Positions 29,746 through 40,042 of a DNA stretch of 64,000 bases are shown piece by piece. The notes beneath the pieces are model-generated. The model made no database searches. It saw only the letters and a program-made list of their open reading frames with translations, and was not told where the DNA came from. Origin of the DNA: Alphaproteobacteria bacterium (GTDB lineage: Bacteria > Pseudomonadota > Alphaproteobacteria > UBA828); contig CBDCQT010000012.1 in assembly GCA_965220745.1 (NCBI GenBank), forward strand, positions 384,001 to 448,000. Direction: 5' to 3'. The position numbers and the translations under genes were made by a program. The first letter of the stretch is position 1; each line of letters starts with the position of its first letter.

Positions 29746-31325
29746 TGCCGTGCCGTCCCTTCTCCGTGCTCCTCGTACCCATCGGCGAACTGGAGTAGTC
29801 CGGCGAAGAGCGCCTGGTCGTTGACGATTCGGGGCACCTTGTTCTGCCCGCCGAGCTTGCCCCGGCCCTTCATCCACGCGGCGAACCCGCCGGCGGGAAG
29901 AAAGCGCACGCGCGGAGCGTCCATGCCGTAGCCGCCCGCGCGGTGGGTCTCGTAATCGTCGTTGAGGCGGCAGAGCGTCGAGTCGAGCACGGCGGCAAAG
30001 CGCGCCTGCTGCGCGGCGTCGAGGCCCGTTTCCGCGCGTTCTGCCCCCAACTCGACGATGTAGAGGTGCCCACCGCGCGCGCCCGTCTCCTCTGGAAACA
30101 GGCTTCCGGCCGCGAAATCGTTGACGGTCGCGCCGATCGCTCGTGCCGCCTCCGCCACGGCCTGTTCTACTTCGGCGCCGATCACGTGCTCACCGAAGGC
30201 GGAGAGCATGTAGCTCGTCCGTCCGGTGACGAGGACGCGCGGGGGATCGCGCTCGACCACGGTCACCGTGTCGCCGACCAGATAGCGCCAGAGGCCGGCG
30301 CAGGTGGTCACCGCCAGCGCATAGTTGACGCCGGGCTCCACGTCGCCGACCCAGCGGCAATCCGGCTGCGCGCTGTCGAGCTGATCGACGGGAATGAACT
30401 CGTAGAAGATACCGGCGTCGAGCCGCAGCCGGAGGCCCTCGCCGTCTCCGCCGTCGGCGATGGCGAAGAACCCCTCGCTCGCCGGATAGACTTCGCGTGT
30501 CTCCGCGCGGCTGCCTTCGAGCAATGCAGCGAAACGGTCGCGATAGGGGGTCCAGGCGACGCCGCCGTGCGACAGCAGTTCCAGCGCGGGATAGATGTCG
30601 GCGATCCGGCGTGCCACTCCACCCCGGCGGGAGCCGGCCAATTCGATCAGGCGCTCGAAGAAGATCAGCAGCCAGCTTGGCGTGCCGGCGACCGCGCTGA
30701 TCTCCGTATCCAGGGAGCGTTCGGCGAAGCGGCCGATCTTGGCCTGCCAGTCGTCGATGCCTTCGAGATCGCGCGGCGGGAAGTAGCGCAGCCGCGCCCA
30801 GCCGGGCATGGCGGACGCCTCGATCCCGCTGATGTCGCCGCTGAAGACGCCCGGTGCCTGGCGCACCAGGCCGGTCGAGCCGCCGAGCATGAAGACCCGC
30901 CCGGCAAGCACGCGGCTCTGGGGCCGGTTGGCGAGGTGGTGGGTCATCAAGTCGGCGCCCGCGCGCACGTTCGAGCGGTGCATCTCCCGGCTCACGGGAA
31001 TGTACTTCGTGGTGCCAGTCGCGGTGCCCGACGACACGGCGAACCAGGGAATGAGGCCGGGCCAGGTGCAATCGGTAAGGCGAGGGAAGGGCGCCTGCCA
31101 ATAGTCCTGCCAGAAGGCATCGTAGTCGCGGAGCGGCACGCGCGCGCGGTAGTCGTCGAGGGACCAGGCGGGCGAAAACCCGTGGTCCCGGCCGAACCTG
31201 GTGCGGCGGCCGCGGCGGATGAGGGACGCGAGCGTGCGGCGTTGTGTCTGCTGCGGCTCCATCGCCTCAAGCTGTCGCAGGCGCCGCCGGGCACAGAGCC
31301 GCAGCATCCAGGTCGCGTCGTACAT
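29742..31325 (-). CDS. GH3-family acyl-adenylate-forming (amido) ligase
   Basis: SSGT..GTTKYIP, YPASEGF, FYEF, GLWRY.VGD, GKLGGQNKVPR. Confidence 0.9.
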   Translation of the reverse strand: MYDATWMLRLCARRRLRQLEAMEPQQTQRRTLASLIRRGRRTRFGRDHGFSPAWSLDDYRARVPLRDYDAFWQDYWQAPFPRLTDCTWPGLIPWFAVSSGTATGTTKYIPVSREMHRSNVRAGADLMTHHLANRPQSRVLAGRVFMLGGSTGLVRQAPGVFSGDISGIEASAMPGWARLRYFPPRDLEGIDDWQAKIGRFAERSLDTEISAVAGTPSWLLIFFERLIELAGSRRGGVARRIADIYPALELLSHGGVAWTPYRDRFAALLEGSRAETREVYPASEGFFAIADGGDGEGLRLRLDAGIFYEFIPVDQLDSAQPDCRWVGDVEPGVNYALAVTTCAGLWRYLVGDTVTVVERDPPRVLVTGRTSYMLSAFGEHVIGAEVEQAVAEAARAIGATVNDFAAGSLFPEETGARGGHLYIVELGAERAETGLDAAQQARFAAVLDSTLCRLNDDYETHRAGGYGMDAPRVRFLPAGGFAAWMKGRGKLGGQNKVPRIVNDQALFAGLLQFADGYEEHGEGTARQ

Positions 31326-31355
31326 GGTCCCGTTGCCGGCGCGTCCGCCACGTTG

Positions 31356-33638
31356 TCAGTTCGTCAGGGAGAGCACGTGCGGGAAGCTCGCGCGCACCGC
31401 GTCGAGCGTGAGCGGCACGCGCACGTAGTCGCCGCGGCGCCACAGCTCCCACTGATCCAGGATGGTCGTGCTGTTGAACCAGCCGTCCTGCCCGCCCAGC
31501 AACACGAAATAGTTCTCGTCCGGGTCCGTCATATCGGAGATATGCCGTGCGTTGGAGCCATAGTTGACGGTGTGACGCTCGGCGGTGGGATCGTGCGCGG
31601 TCTTCATCAGCGTGGCCGAGCTGCCTCCTACGCCGGCTTCGGCGAACTCGTAGCGGCCGCCGATGAGCGGGACGTAGGAGAGGGGATGCGCGAGGCTGAG
31701 GCGGTGCATTTCGCCCCAGTCTGCGAACGACTCCAGGCCATCGACAGCCGCTTCCAGCCCCGCACCAAGGGCCGCGCGCAGCGTCTTCTCATCGGCGGCG
31801 GCGATCTCCTCGCCCAGCAGCGCTGTGCGACGGTCGACCGAGGCGAATGCCTGCCCGTCGTCCTCTCCATAGAGCAGGGTGTAGAAGCGGCCGGTGAAGC
31901 CGTGGCGGAATTGCTCGAACGTCACCGCCCCGCGCGAGTCGGCCCGGTATTCCCCGTCCCAACTGCGCAGCCGTTCGATTGCCTTCTTGCCCTCGGCGTC
32001 GGCTGACTCGCTCATTCCCAGCGCATCGAGCCTGGCGATGAAGAGATCGCGCAGTGCCACCGACGACGCCATGTAGACGTCCTGCTGCACCGCCTTGAGC
32101 GTCTCGACGCCCACGGCGGATTCGGCCTCGACGAGGGCGTGCATGCGGTTCACCCGGTCGTCGCGCGAGAAGAAGAATCCCACCGGGATGCTCGTCGCCG
32201 GCGGCCGGTCGTTGGCGGAGACCAGGTAGCCCGCCTCCGGATTGTAGCTGAAGGGCAGATCCGCAGCGGTGCGCATGGCGCTCCACGAGGCGTCGTGGCC
32301 GGCCGTGTCGAGGGCGATGTCGGTAGGCGGGCCGTTGCGGCTGGGGAGCCGCACTGCCAGCACCCTGCCGATATTCCCGTCTGCATCCGCGTAGAGCATG
32401 TTCTGGCCCGGCACCGCGAAGCCGTCGAACGCCGCGCGGAACTCGGCGAAGGTGCGCGCCCGGCTCACTGCGAGCATGGCACCGATCTCGTCGCTTGCAT
32501 CGTGACCGGTCCATCGCAGCGCGAGCGGCGGCAGGTCGAAGTCGGCGAGGAGCGGTACGTCGGTGACGATCGGCCCCCACTCTGATTCGCGGACGGTCAC
32601 GTCGCTGTCGAACCACCAGCGCACGCCGATGCTCTCGCGTCGCTCGTCGATCTCCGAGACCGGCACGTCGCTGACATCGTAGAGGTCGCTCGAGGCCGCG
32701 CGCATGTTCGTGCCGCCCCAGGCGATGTGCGGGTTGCGGCCGATGGCAAAGATCGGCAGCCCCGGCGCCATGAGCCCGACTGCGTGATAGGAGGGTGATC
32801 TGATTCCGGCGATCAGCCAGACGTTGGGAACCAGAATGCCGAGATGGGGGTCGTTGGCCATGAGCGCGCCGCCCGTGTCGGTGCGGTGGCCTGCCACGGC
32901 GAGGCTGTTGCTGCCGGACTTCGAGAGCCCGCCGAGCCAGCGCTGCATCCGGGCGGTGTCTCCGTCACCGTCGGATCCCGCGACCGAGACCGCGCCGCCC
33001 TCCACCAGGCGCGCCCAAAGCTCGTCCCAGCCGGCCCGTGCGCGCAGGGGGAGCAGGTCCATCCAGACCAGCCAGTTGACGTCCGTGCCGGCGAGGCGCC
33101 CCATGGCGAACACGTCCTCGACCGTCCAGGGCTCGGGCTCCAGGTTGAGAACGTCGAAGTCGTGCGGCAGCTTGGCAGCGGTGTCCTGGTAGTGGTTGAT
33201 GCCGTCCACGAAGCGCTGCACCCAGAGCCGCGTCGCCGCATCCATGCCGCTCTCGATCTCAGGCGCCGCGCGACCGAAGTCGAGGGTGCGCAGGCCGTGG
33301 TCGATGTCGACCCCGAGAGGGCCAATCATCTCCGACACCCTCCCCCGCGCGATCATCCGCATCGTTGCCATCTGACCCAGCCGCAGATGGGCGTGCACGA
33401 GGCCGAGCGCAAACGCCGCGTCACCGTCGCTCTCCGCCTCGATGAACGGAATCTGCTGCTCGCTCCAGTGGATCGTCACGGCCCCGTCGAGCAGCAGGCC
33501 GGCGGTGGGGAACGCCGCCAGACGCTCGGCGACGTCCTTCTGCTTCGGCAACGGCGTGAGCAGCGCGCACGCCGACAACGCGACCATCGCCGTCCCGAGG
33601 GCAAGCCAGGCGGCGAGGGGGGAAAGAAAGGAAACCAT
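31356..33638 (-). CDS. Penicillin acylase family Ntn-hydrolase, probable lipoprotein
   Basis: Lipobox LSAC; IPFIEA, GSNSLAV (catalytic Ser), ANDPHL, QNMLYAD.DGNIG, SAND. Confidence 0.9.
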   Translation of the reverse strand: MVSFLSPLAAWLALGTAMVALSACALLTPLPKQKDVAERLAAFPTAGLLLDGAVTIHWSEQQIPFIEAESDGDAAFALGLVHAHLRLGQMATMRMIARGRVSEMIGPLGVDIDHGLRTLDFGRAAPEIESGMDAATRLWVQRFVDGINHYQDTAAKLPHDFDVLNLEPEPWTVEDVFAMGRLAGTDVNWLVWMDLLPLRARAGWDELWARLVEGGAVSVAGSDGDGDTARMQRWLGGLSKSGSNSLAVAGHRTDTGGALMANDPHLGILVPNVWLIAGIRSPSYHAVGLMAPGLPIFAIGRNPHIAWGGTNMRAASSDLYDVSDVPVSEIDERRESIGVRWWFDSDVTVRESEWGPIVTDVPLLADFDLPPLALRWTGHDASDEIGAMLAVSRARTFAEFRAAFDGFAVPGQNMLYADADGNIGRVLAVRLPSRNGPPTDIALDTAGHDASWSAMRTAADLPFSYNPEAGYLVSANDRPPATSIPVGFFFSRDDRVNRMHALVEAESAVGVETLKAVQQDVYMASSVALRDLFIARLDALGMSESADAEGKKAIERLRSWDGEYRADSRGAVTFEQFRHGFTGRFYTLLYGEDDGQAFASVDRRTALLGEEIAAADEKTLRAALGAGLEAAVDGLESFADWGEMHRLSLAHPLSYVPLIGGRYEFAEAGVGGSSATLMKTAHDPTAERHTVNYGSNARHISDMTDPDENYFVLLGGQDGWFNSTTILDQWELWRRGDYVRVPLTLDAVRASFPHVLSLTN

Positions 33639-33771
33639 GCGCTCCTCCAGGCAACGACCCGCTCTCCCTTATACGCCCAATGCCGCGTATTCGGAGAGGG
33701 GCGGGCGGAACCTCCTTCACGCAGGGAGAACGTAAGGGACTCCACCCGCCCGGGCACCGGCACGCGGGAGG

Positions 33772-34290
33772 CTAGTCGTGCCTATGGTGGTGCCGCCAGT
33801 GGGACTCCAGTTCCGCCGCGAGTTCCTGGCGCTGAGCAGGTGTCAGCACGTCGGCCACGTCGGCGAGTGCCGTGAGCAGGCGCTGGCTGGCACGGTCGGC
33901 GGCGGCGAGCTTGTTCTGGCGCAGCGCTTCGAGCGCCTCGCGGTCGACGGTCTCCTGGGTGAGCGCCTCGACCAGCGCCTGCCGGCCCTCACGCTTGAAG
34001 TCGCGGAACTCCTCCATGTCGGCCAGAGCGGCGGTCGTGATCGCACGCACTTGCTCGCGCTGCTCGTCCGTGGCGTCGACCTCGTCGAGCATGCCGTCGA
34101 TCTTCCACTCGACGAAGCGCTCGATCTTGTCGCCGTCCCATGACTTGCCGGAATAGGCCACCGCGCTCCAGGTCATGCCGCCGATGACCAGGACGAGGGC
34201 GCCGGCGATGCTCATCAGGATCCAGCGCGGGCGCGCCTTGCGGCGGCTGGTGCGGTCGGGGGTGTTTTCCGTCTTGTCGTCGTCGGTCAT
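33772..34290 (-). CDS. Spy/CpxP-family periplasmic protein
   Basis: N-terminal TM/signal; ATDEQ and VLTPAQR (LTxxQ) motifs. Confidence 0.82.
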   Translation of the reverse strand: MTDDDKTENTPDRTSRRKARPRWILMSIAGALVLVIGGMTWSAVAYSGKSWDGDKIERFVEWKIDGMLDEVDATDEQREQVRAITTAALADMEEFRDFKREGRQALVEALTQETVDREALEALRQNKLAAADRASQRLLTALADVADVLTPAQRQELAAELESHWRHHHRHD

Positions 34291-34369
34291 GTCTTTGCTT
34301 CTCTCTTGCTATGGGGTGTCGGACATGACTCAAGATGGGGATGGGCGGTTTCCCGCCGGTGTCCGGCAA

Positions 34370-34384
34370 GTAAAGAATTGTAAA
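34370..34384. promoter_or_regulatory. CpxR/OmpR-type binding box
   Basis: GTAAA-GAATT-GTAAA, the exact GTAAA-N5-GTAAA pattern, 80 bp upstream of the Spy/CpxP gene. Confidence 0.7.
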
Positions 34385-34420
34385 GGCCGGGCGGGCGCCA
34401 ATCCGCCGCCGAGGTGCCGC

Positions 34421-34882
34421 CTACTGGGTGGTTCGGCGCCGCCCGAGCCAGCGTCCGACTTTTCGGCAATAGGCGTCGTAGCGCTCGCCGAACTGCTGGC
34501 GCATCGCGCGCTCCTCGTAAGCGATGTACCAGTAGCGAACGACGAGCGCGTAGGCCGCGGCCAGGACGACCCCCGCCAGCGTTGCGGTGATCAGCGCGGC
34601 TCCGAGACCCGCCAGAACCATGCCCACGTACATCGGGTTCCGGCTGATGGCATAGGGCCCGTCGGTGACGAGCACGCCAGGCTCCTCGAAGGTATGGAAG
34701 TTGGTTCGGGCTCGCCGAAACCGCAACATCGCGGGCCCCGCGATGCAGACGCCGAGAACCACGATCGCCGCGCCCGCCCAGAGGAGACCGGGCGGGTCGA
34801 ACCGGATCAGGGGCAGGAACATGTCGGCCCCGACCATCAGGCCGACCAGGATGCAGAGCAGTATCGGCGGGATGATGCGCAT
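34421..34882 (-). CDS. ICMT/PEMT-family membrane methyltransferase
   Basis: LVTDGPYAISRNPMYVG, EE..M...FG..Y..Y...V.RW. Confidence 0.9.
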   Translation of the reverse strand: MRIIPPILLCILVGLMVGADMFLPLIRFDPPGLLWAGAAIVVLGVCIAGPAMLRFRRARTNFHTFEEPGVLVTDGPYAISRNPMYVGMVLAGLGAALITATLAGVVLAAAYALVVRYWYIAYEERAMRQQFGERYDAYCRKVGRWLGRRRTTQ

Positions 34883-35052
34883 GACTCGTCCTCAGAATAG
34901 CGGCACTTGGCGGTTGCCGTAGATCGGATTTTCGGGAGGTTGCAGGAACCGGGTGGATCAGGGGCGACTGCGGTCTCTGGACGGGTGGCGGGCGGCCGTG
35001 GCATAAGCGGCGTCGTCGGGCTGAAACGGGTGCGGGAGCACCGGCGGGAACC

Positions 35053-35436
35053 ATGGCGACGATCGGCACACGGCTCTACACCATGCTGTGCGGCGCGCTG
35101 GTGGGCGAGGACGACGCCGGCAACCGCTACTATCGCGAGCGGTGGGGGCGGTCGGGGCCTGGCGAGCGCGAGCGGCGCTGGGTCGTCTACGAGGGCGAGG
35201 TGGAGGCATCCCGCGTGCCGCCGGAGTGGCACCGCTGGCTGCATCACAGCACGGACGAGCCGCCGACGGAGGCACCGCTCAGGGCGCAGCCGTGGGAGAA
35301 GCCGCACCAGCCGAACCTCACCGGCACCGCCGCCGCCTACCGGCCGCCGGGCCACATCCTGGGCCGCGGCAAGCGCGACCCGGCGACCGGGGATTACGAG
35401 CCCTGGCAGCCCGACGAGGGGCCGGCCAACGGCTGA
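35053..35436 (+). CDS. NDUFA12-family NADH:ubiquinone oxidoreductase accessory subunit
   Basis: VGED..GNRYY, RRWVVY.GE.EASRVPPEWH.WLHH, WEKPH.PNLTGT..AY. Confidence 0.93.
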   Translation: MATIGTRLYTMLCGALVGEDDAGNRYYRERWGRSGPGERERRWVVYEGEVEASRVPPEWHRWLHHSTDEPPTEAPLRAQPWEKPHQPNLTGTAAAYRPPGHILGRGKRDPATGDYEPWQPDEGPANG

Positions 35437-35482
35437 GTGCCGGACGTCCGGGAGGAGCGCGCCGGGGTCTGGCGCGCGGGAA

Positions 35483-36730
35483 CTAGGCCGGGCGGATCAG
35501 GGCGTGGCGCTTCTTGCCGGCGGAGAGCTTGATCTGGCCGTCGGCGCCGATGTCGTCGGGGCCGATGGCGCGCGTTTCCGACTCGATCACCGTGCCGTTG
35601 ATGCGGGCGCCGCCGCCCCGGATGAGCCGCCTTGCCGCGCCTCCCGATTCGCAGAGCCCCGCCGTCTGAAACAGCGCGATGACGGGAATGCCGGCTTCGA
35701 GCTCGCTCCGCGCGGCGTCGAAGACGGGCAGGTCCGCACCGGCGGCGCCTTCCTCGAAGGTCTGCCGCGCCGTCTCGGCGGCATTGGCGGCGGCTTCCTG
35801 GCCGTGGCAGAGGGCCGTCGCCTCGTTCGCCAGCAGCTTCTTCGATTCGTTCAGCTCGGCACCTTCGAGCGCCTCGTGACGCGCGATCTCGTCGAGCGGA
35901 AGCTCGGTGAAGAGCCGCATGAAGCGGCCGACATCGGCATCGTCGGTGTTGCGCCAATACTGCCAGTAGTCGTAGGGCGAAAGCCGGTCGTCGTTGAGCC
36001 AGACGGCGCCTTGCGCGGTCTTGCCCATCTTCGCGCCGGAGGCCAGCGTGATGAGCGGCGTGGTGAGCCCGAAGACTTGGCGCCCGTCGATGCGCCGCGC
36101 GAGCTCCACGCCGTTGACGATGTTGCCCCACTGGTCCGAGCCGCCCATCTGCAGGAGGCAGTCGGCGCGGCGGGAAAGCTCCAGGAAGTCGTAAGCCTGG
36201 AGAATCATGTAGTTGAACTCCAGGAAGCTCAGCGGCTGCTCGCGGTCGAGACGCAGGCGCACGCTGTCGAAGGTGAGCATCCGGTTGATCGAGAAGTGGG
36301 CGCCGATATCGCGCAGCAGCGGGATGTAGCCGAGCCCGTCGAGCCAGTCGGCGTTGTCGACCAGCAGCGCGTCGGTGGTCCCGTCGCCGAAGGAGAGGAA
36401 GCGGTCGAACGAGCGTCGAATGCCCTTCTTGTTCGCCACGATCGCGTCTTCGCTGAGCAGCGAGCGCGATTCGTCGCGCCCGCTCGGGTCGCCGATCTTG
36501 GTGGTGCCGCCGCCGAGCAGCACGATGGGCCGGTGACCTGTCTTCTGCAGCCAGCGCAGCATCATGATCTGCACCAGGCTGCCGACGTGCAGGCTGTCGG
36601 CGGTGCAGTCGAAGCCGATGTAGGCGGTGACGCGCTCCGCTGCGGCGAGCCCGTCGAGCCCCGCATCGTCGGTGCACTGGTGGATGTAGCCGCGCTCCGA
36701 CAGCACGCGCATGAAATCGGAGGAGAACAC
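35483..36730 (-). CDS. tyrS: Tyrosine--tRNA ligase
   Basis: [37 protein letters not shown]4 domain. Confidence 0.97.
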   Translation of the reverse strand: MFSSDFMRVLSERGYIHQCTDDAGLDGLAAAERVTAYIGFDCTADSLHVGSLVQIMMLRWLQKTGHRPIVLLGGGTTKIGDPSGRDESRSLLSEDAIVANKKGIRRSFDRFLSFGDGTTDALLVDNADWLDGLGYIPLLRDIGAHFSINRMLTFDSVRLRLDREQPLSFLEFNYMILQAYDFLELSRRADCLLQMGGSDQWGNIVNGVELARRIDGRQVFGLTTPLITLASGAKMGKTAQGAVWLNDDRLSPYDYWQYWRNTDDADVGRFMRLFTELPLDEIARHEALEGAELNESKKLLANEATALCHGQEAAANAAETARQTFEEGAAGADLPVFDAARSELEAGIPVIALFQTAGLCESGGAARRLIRGGGARINGTVIESETRAIGPDDIGADGQIKLSAGKKRHALIRPA

Positions 36731-36843
36731 CGTCGCTCGACCCGCTGGCTGCCGTTCCGCCCGGCGGCCCGCGCGGGGCGCCGAGGCGCGCGGTCATGTA
36801 TCACACGGCCCGCGCGCGGACAACGCGGCACCCAGCTTGCCGC

Positions 36844-37950
36844 ATGGCACAGATGAGCGGCGCTTTGCCGGATGGGCCGGTCTGGGCCTTGGGCATGATG
36901 AGCGGCACCTCGCTCGACGGTGTCGATGCGGCGCTGATCGAGACCGACGGCGTCACCGTCCCGCGCTTCGGTCCGTGGCGCACCGCGCCCTATCCCGCCG
37001 CGCTGCGCGCGCAGCTCCGGACCGTGATCGAGGGGCGTGGCGAGCGCGAGGACGCGGAGCGGGCACTCACCGCGTTCCACGCGGATGCAGCCGAGGCGTT
37101 GCTAGCCGAAGCCGGCGTACGCCGGGAGGAGGTCGCTGTCGCGGGCTTCCCCGGCCACACGGTCCGTCACGAGCCCGAGGCCGGGCTGACCGACCAGATC
37201 GGCGACGGCGCGGCGCTCGCCCGCCGGCTCGGGATCGACGTGGTCAACGATTTTCGCAGCAACGACGTCGCCGCAGGCGGGCAGGGGGCGCCGCTCGTGC
37301 CGCTCTTTCACGCGGCGCTCGCGCGACGTAGTGGGCTCGCCGCGCCGCTTGCCGTGCTCAATCTCGGCGGCGTCGCCAACGTCACCTGGATCGGCGGGCC
37401 TGCCGACGAGGACCTGCTGGCCTTCGACACAGGGCCGGGCTGCGCACTGATCGACGACTGGGTGCTCGGCACGACCGGGGCCGCCCTCGACCGCGACGGC
37501 CGGCTGGCAGGCTCAGGCCAGGTGGACCGGGACGCCCTCGACGCCCTGCTGGCGCATCCCTACTTCGAAGCAAAACCGCCCAAGTCGTTGGATCGCAACC
37601 AATTCGACCCGGCGCCCGTGAGCGGGTTATCGGCGGGCGATGGCGCCGCCACGCTGATGGCCTTCACGGCGGAAGCCGTGCGCCGTGCGCTCGCGCACGT
37701 GCCGGCGGCGCCTTTGCGTTGGTTGGTGACCGGCGGCGGGCGGCACAACCTGGCGCTCATGGCGACGCTCGGCGAGCGTCTGGGCGCACCTAGCCAGCCG
37801 GTAGAGGCGGTCGGCTGGCAGGGCGATGCGCTGGAGGCGCAGGCCTTCGGCTATCTCGCCGTGCGCAGCCGGCGGGGGCTCGCGCTCAGCCTGCCGCGCA
37901 CCACGGGCGTTCCCCACCCGGTGAGCGGCGGGGTCTTCCATCCGGCGTAA
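36844..37950 (+). CDS. anmK: Anhydro-N-acetylmuramic acid kinase
   Basis: GMMSGTSLDGVD, DVAAGGQGAPLVP, NLGGVAN, FDTGPG, EAQAFGYLA. Confidence 0.95.
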   Translation: MAQMSGALPDGPVWALGMMSGTSLDGVDAALIETDGVTVPRFGPWRTAPYPAALRAQLRTVIEGRGEREDAERALTAFHADAAEALLAEAGVRREEVAVAGFPGHTVRHEPEAGLTDQIGDGAALARRLGIDVVNDFRSNDVAAGGQGAPLVPLFHAALARRSGLAAPLAVLNLGGVANVTWIGGPADEDLLAFDTGPGCALIDDWVLGTTGAALDRDGRLAGSGQVDRDALDALLAHPYFEAKPPKSLDRNQFDPAPVSGLSAGDGAATLMAFTAEAVRRALAHVPAAPLRWLVTGGGRHNLALMATLGERLGAPSQPVEAVGWQGDALEAQAFGYLAVRSRRGLALSLPRTTGVPHPVSGGVFHPA

Positions 37951-37956
37951 GGGGAG

Positions 37957-38595
37957 TCAGTCGACGCGGCGAGCGACGTAACGCTCGACGATCTCGGCCA
38001 TGGTGTCGAGCTCACGCTCGTAAAAGTGGCCGGCGCCCTCGATCACTTCGTAGTCGATCTCGATCTGGCGCTGGCTCTGCAGCTTCGTCGCAAGCTCCGC
38101 CACTTCGGGCTCGGGCACCAGGTCGTCGGCGCCGCCGTGGACGATCAGGCCCGACGATGGGCACGGCGCGAGGAAGGTGAAGTCGAACTTGTTGGCCGGC
38201 GGGGAGACCGCGACGAAGCCTTCGATCTCCGGCCGGCGCATCAAGAGCTGCATGGCGATCCAGGCGCCGAAGGAGAATCCGGCGATCCAGCAGCGGTCGG
38301 CACCCGAATTCTGTATCTGCAGCCAGTCGAGCACCGAGGCCGCATCGCTCAGCTCGCCCTGGCCGTGGTCGTACTGGCCCTGGGAGCGGCCGACGCCGCG
38401 AAAGTTGAACCGAATGACCGAGAACGATTGCCGGAGGAAGGCGTGGTAGAGCGCGTGGACGATCTTGTTGTTCATCGTGCCGCCGTGCTGCGGGTGCGGG
38501 TGCAGCATGAGCGCGATGGGTGCGCGAGGGTCCTCGGCCTGCTGGTAGCGCGCCTGCAGGCGCCCCTCTGGCCCGTTGATCATCACTTCCGGCAT
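37957..38595 (-). CDS. Alpha/beta hydrolase of the type found divergent from alphaproteobacterial Fe-S loci
   Basis: GPEGRL, HPHPQHGGTMNN, FNFRGVGRS, GFSFG, LMRRPE. Confidence 0.93.
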   Translation of the reverse strand: MPEVMINGPEGRLQARYQQAEDPRAPIALMLHPHPQHGGTMNNKIVHALYHAFLRQSFSVIRFNFRGVGRSQGQYDHGQGELSDAASVLDWLQIQNSGADRCWIAGFSFGAWIAMQLLMRRPEIEGFVAVSPPANKFDFTFLAPCPSSGLIVHGGADDLVPEPEVAELATKLQSQRQIEIDYEVIEGAGHFYERELDTMAEIVERYVARRVD

Positions 38596-38698
38596 GGGCG
38601 ACTCATGGGCTCCGAACGCTGCTGAACAGGATCACGGTGCGACCGATGCCGGCGACGCATGGCGGCCACGCCTCCCCGCCCAGCATGGCGCAGCGGAG

Positions 38699-38723
38699 AT
38701 ACTTGACCCCTAGAGTCGGGAAC
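38699..38723 (+). promoter_or_regulatory. IscR type-1 box overlapping a TTGACC -35 element
   Basis: ATACTTGACCCCTAGAGTCGGGAAC versus ATASYYGACTRWWWYAGTCRRSTAT; upstream of cysE-iscR-iscS. Confidence 0.68.
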
Positions 38724-38803
38724 TCTATATCCCGTCCGTCACACGGGTATAATGGCCGGCGGCGGCGCCCCGCGCCGGCCATTGATATACGGACGGCTGC
38801 GCC

Positions 38804-39547
38804 ATGTTCAAGCGTATTTGGGAAGATATCGGCTGTGTGTTCGGCCGCGACCCGGCGGTCCGCTCCAGGATGGAGGTGTTTTTCTGTTATCCGGGGTTCC
38901 ACGCGCTGCTGTTCTATCACGTGTCGCACTGGCTCTGGCAAAGCGGCTTCCGCCTGCTCGGCCGCTTCGTGTCTCACGTGGGCCGGATTGTCACGGGCAT
39001 CGAGATCCACCCCGGCGCCCAGATCGGCCGCCGTCTCTTCATCGACCACGGCATGGGCGTGGTCATCGGCGAGACCTCCGTGATCGGCGACGACGTGACG
39101 CTCTATCACCAAGTCACGCTTGGCGGCGTCACTTGGTCGCCGGGCAAGCGGCACCCCACGGTGGGCGACGGCGTGGTGGTGGGGGCGGGCGCCCAGGTGC
39201 TCGGCCCGATCACGGTCGGCCGCGACGCGCGCATCGGTGCCAATGCGGTGGTGCTGAAGGACGTGCCGCCCGGCGCCACCATGGTGGGCATCCCGGCGCG
39301 GGCCGCAGGCCCGACTGAGGCGAAGACGGAGGCATCGTCATTCGATGCCTATGGCACGCCGTCGCCGGACATCGCCGATCCCATGACGCGTGCCGTCGAT
39401 AAGCTGTTGGCCGAGGTCCATGCCCTGAGAGACCGCGTGGAGGAGCTGGAGCAAGCCGCGCAGCCCGAGGCCGCGCCGTCGTCTGACAGCGAAGCCGAAG
39501 CCGAGGAGGCAGCGACACCGCTCGGCCGCCGTGCTGCGGGCGGCTAG
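38804..39547 (+). CDS. cysE: Serine O-acetyltransferase
   Basis: [38 protein letters not shown]. Confidence 0.96.
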   Translation: MFKRIWEDIGCVFGRDPAVRSRMEVFFCYPGFHALLFYHVSHWLWQSGFRLLGRFVSHVGRIVTGIEIHPGAQIGRRLFIDHGMGVVIGETSVIGDDVTLYHQVTLGGVTWSPGKRHPTVGDGVVVGAGAQVLGPITVGRDARIGANAVVLKDVPPGATMVGIPARAAGPTEAKTEASSFDAYGTPSPDIADPMTRAVDKLLAEVHALRDRVEELEQAAQPEAAPSSDSEAEAEEAATPLGRRAAGG

Positions 39548-39556
39548 GAGCGGCCC

Positions 39557-40042
39557 GTGAAGCTCGGCACCAAGGGCCGCTACGCGGTGATGGCGATGGC
39601 GGAGCTTGCAATGCGCTCCGGCGGCGCGAGCGACGCTCAGCCCGTGACCCTCGCCGAGATCGCGGCACGGCAGGAGATCTCCCAATCCTATCTGGAGCAG
39701 CTTTTCGGCCGCCTGCGCCGCGCGGGCCTGGTGCGGAGCGCACGCGGGCCGGGCGGCGGCTACCGGCTGGCGCGGCCTGCGGCGGAGCTCCGGATCGTGG
39801 ACATCGTCGTCGCGGTGGACGAGAACTTGCGCGCGACGCGTTGCCCGCCGGATTCCGGGCGCGGCTGCATGAAGGACGCGAAGCGCTGCGTCACCCACGA
39901 TCTGTGGGACGAGCTGGGCCTCCACATCCACGGCTTTCTCAGCGCCGTCTCGCTTGAAGACGTGTGCGCGCGCCGGGTGCTCGGCATGAGCGACCGGCTT
40001 TCAGGCGGCGGGCGCGGGCTCGTGGAGCAGGCGGCGGAATGA
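39557..40042 (+). CDS. iscR: Rrf2-family Fe-S regulator IscR
   Basis: TKGRYAV.AM, SYLEQLF..LR, RGPGGGY, three Cys plus THDLW. Confidence 0.9.
   Translation: MKLGTKGRYAVMAMAELAMRSGGASDAQPVTLAEIAARQEISQSYLEQLFGRLRRAGLVRSARGPGGGYRLARPAAELRIVDIVVAVDENLRATRCPPDSGRGCMKDAKRCVTHDLWDELGLHIHGFLSAVSLEDVCARRVLGMSDRLSGGGRGLVEQAAE

Noticed and set aside
27758-29782. 674-aa kinase ORF suggesting a long N-terminal extension
   Set aside because: The upstream part overlaps the response regulator in another frame; the real start is TTG at 29029.
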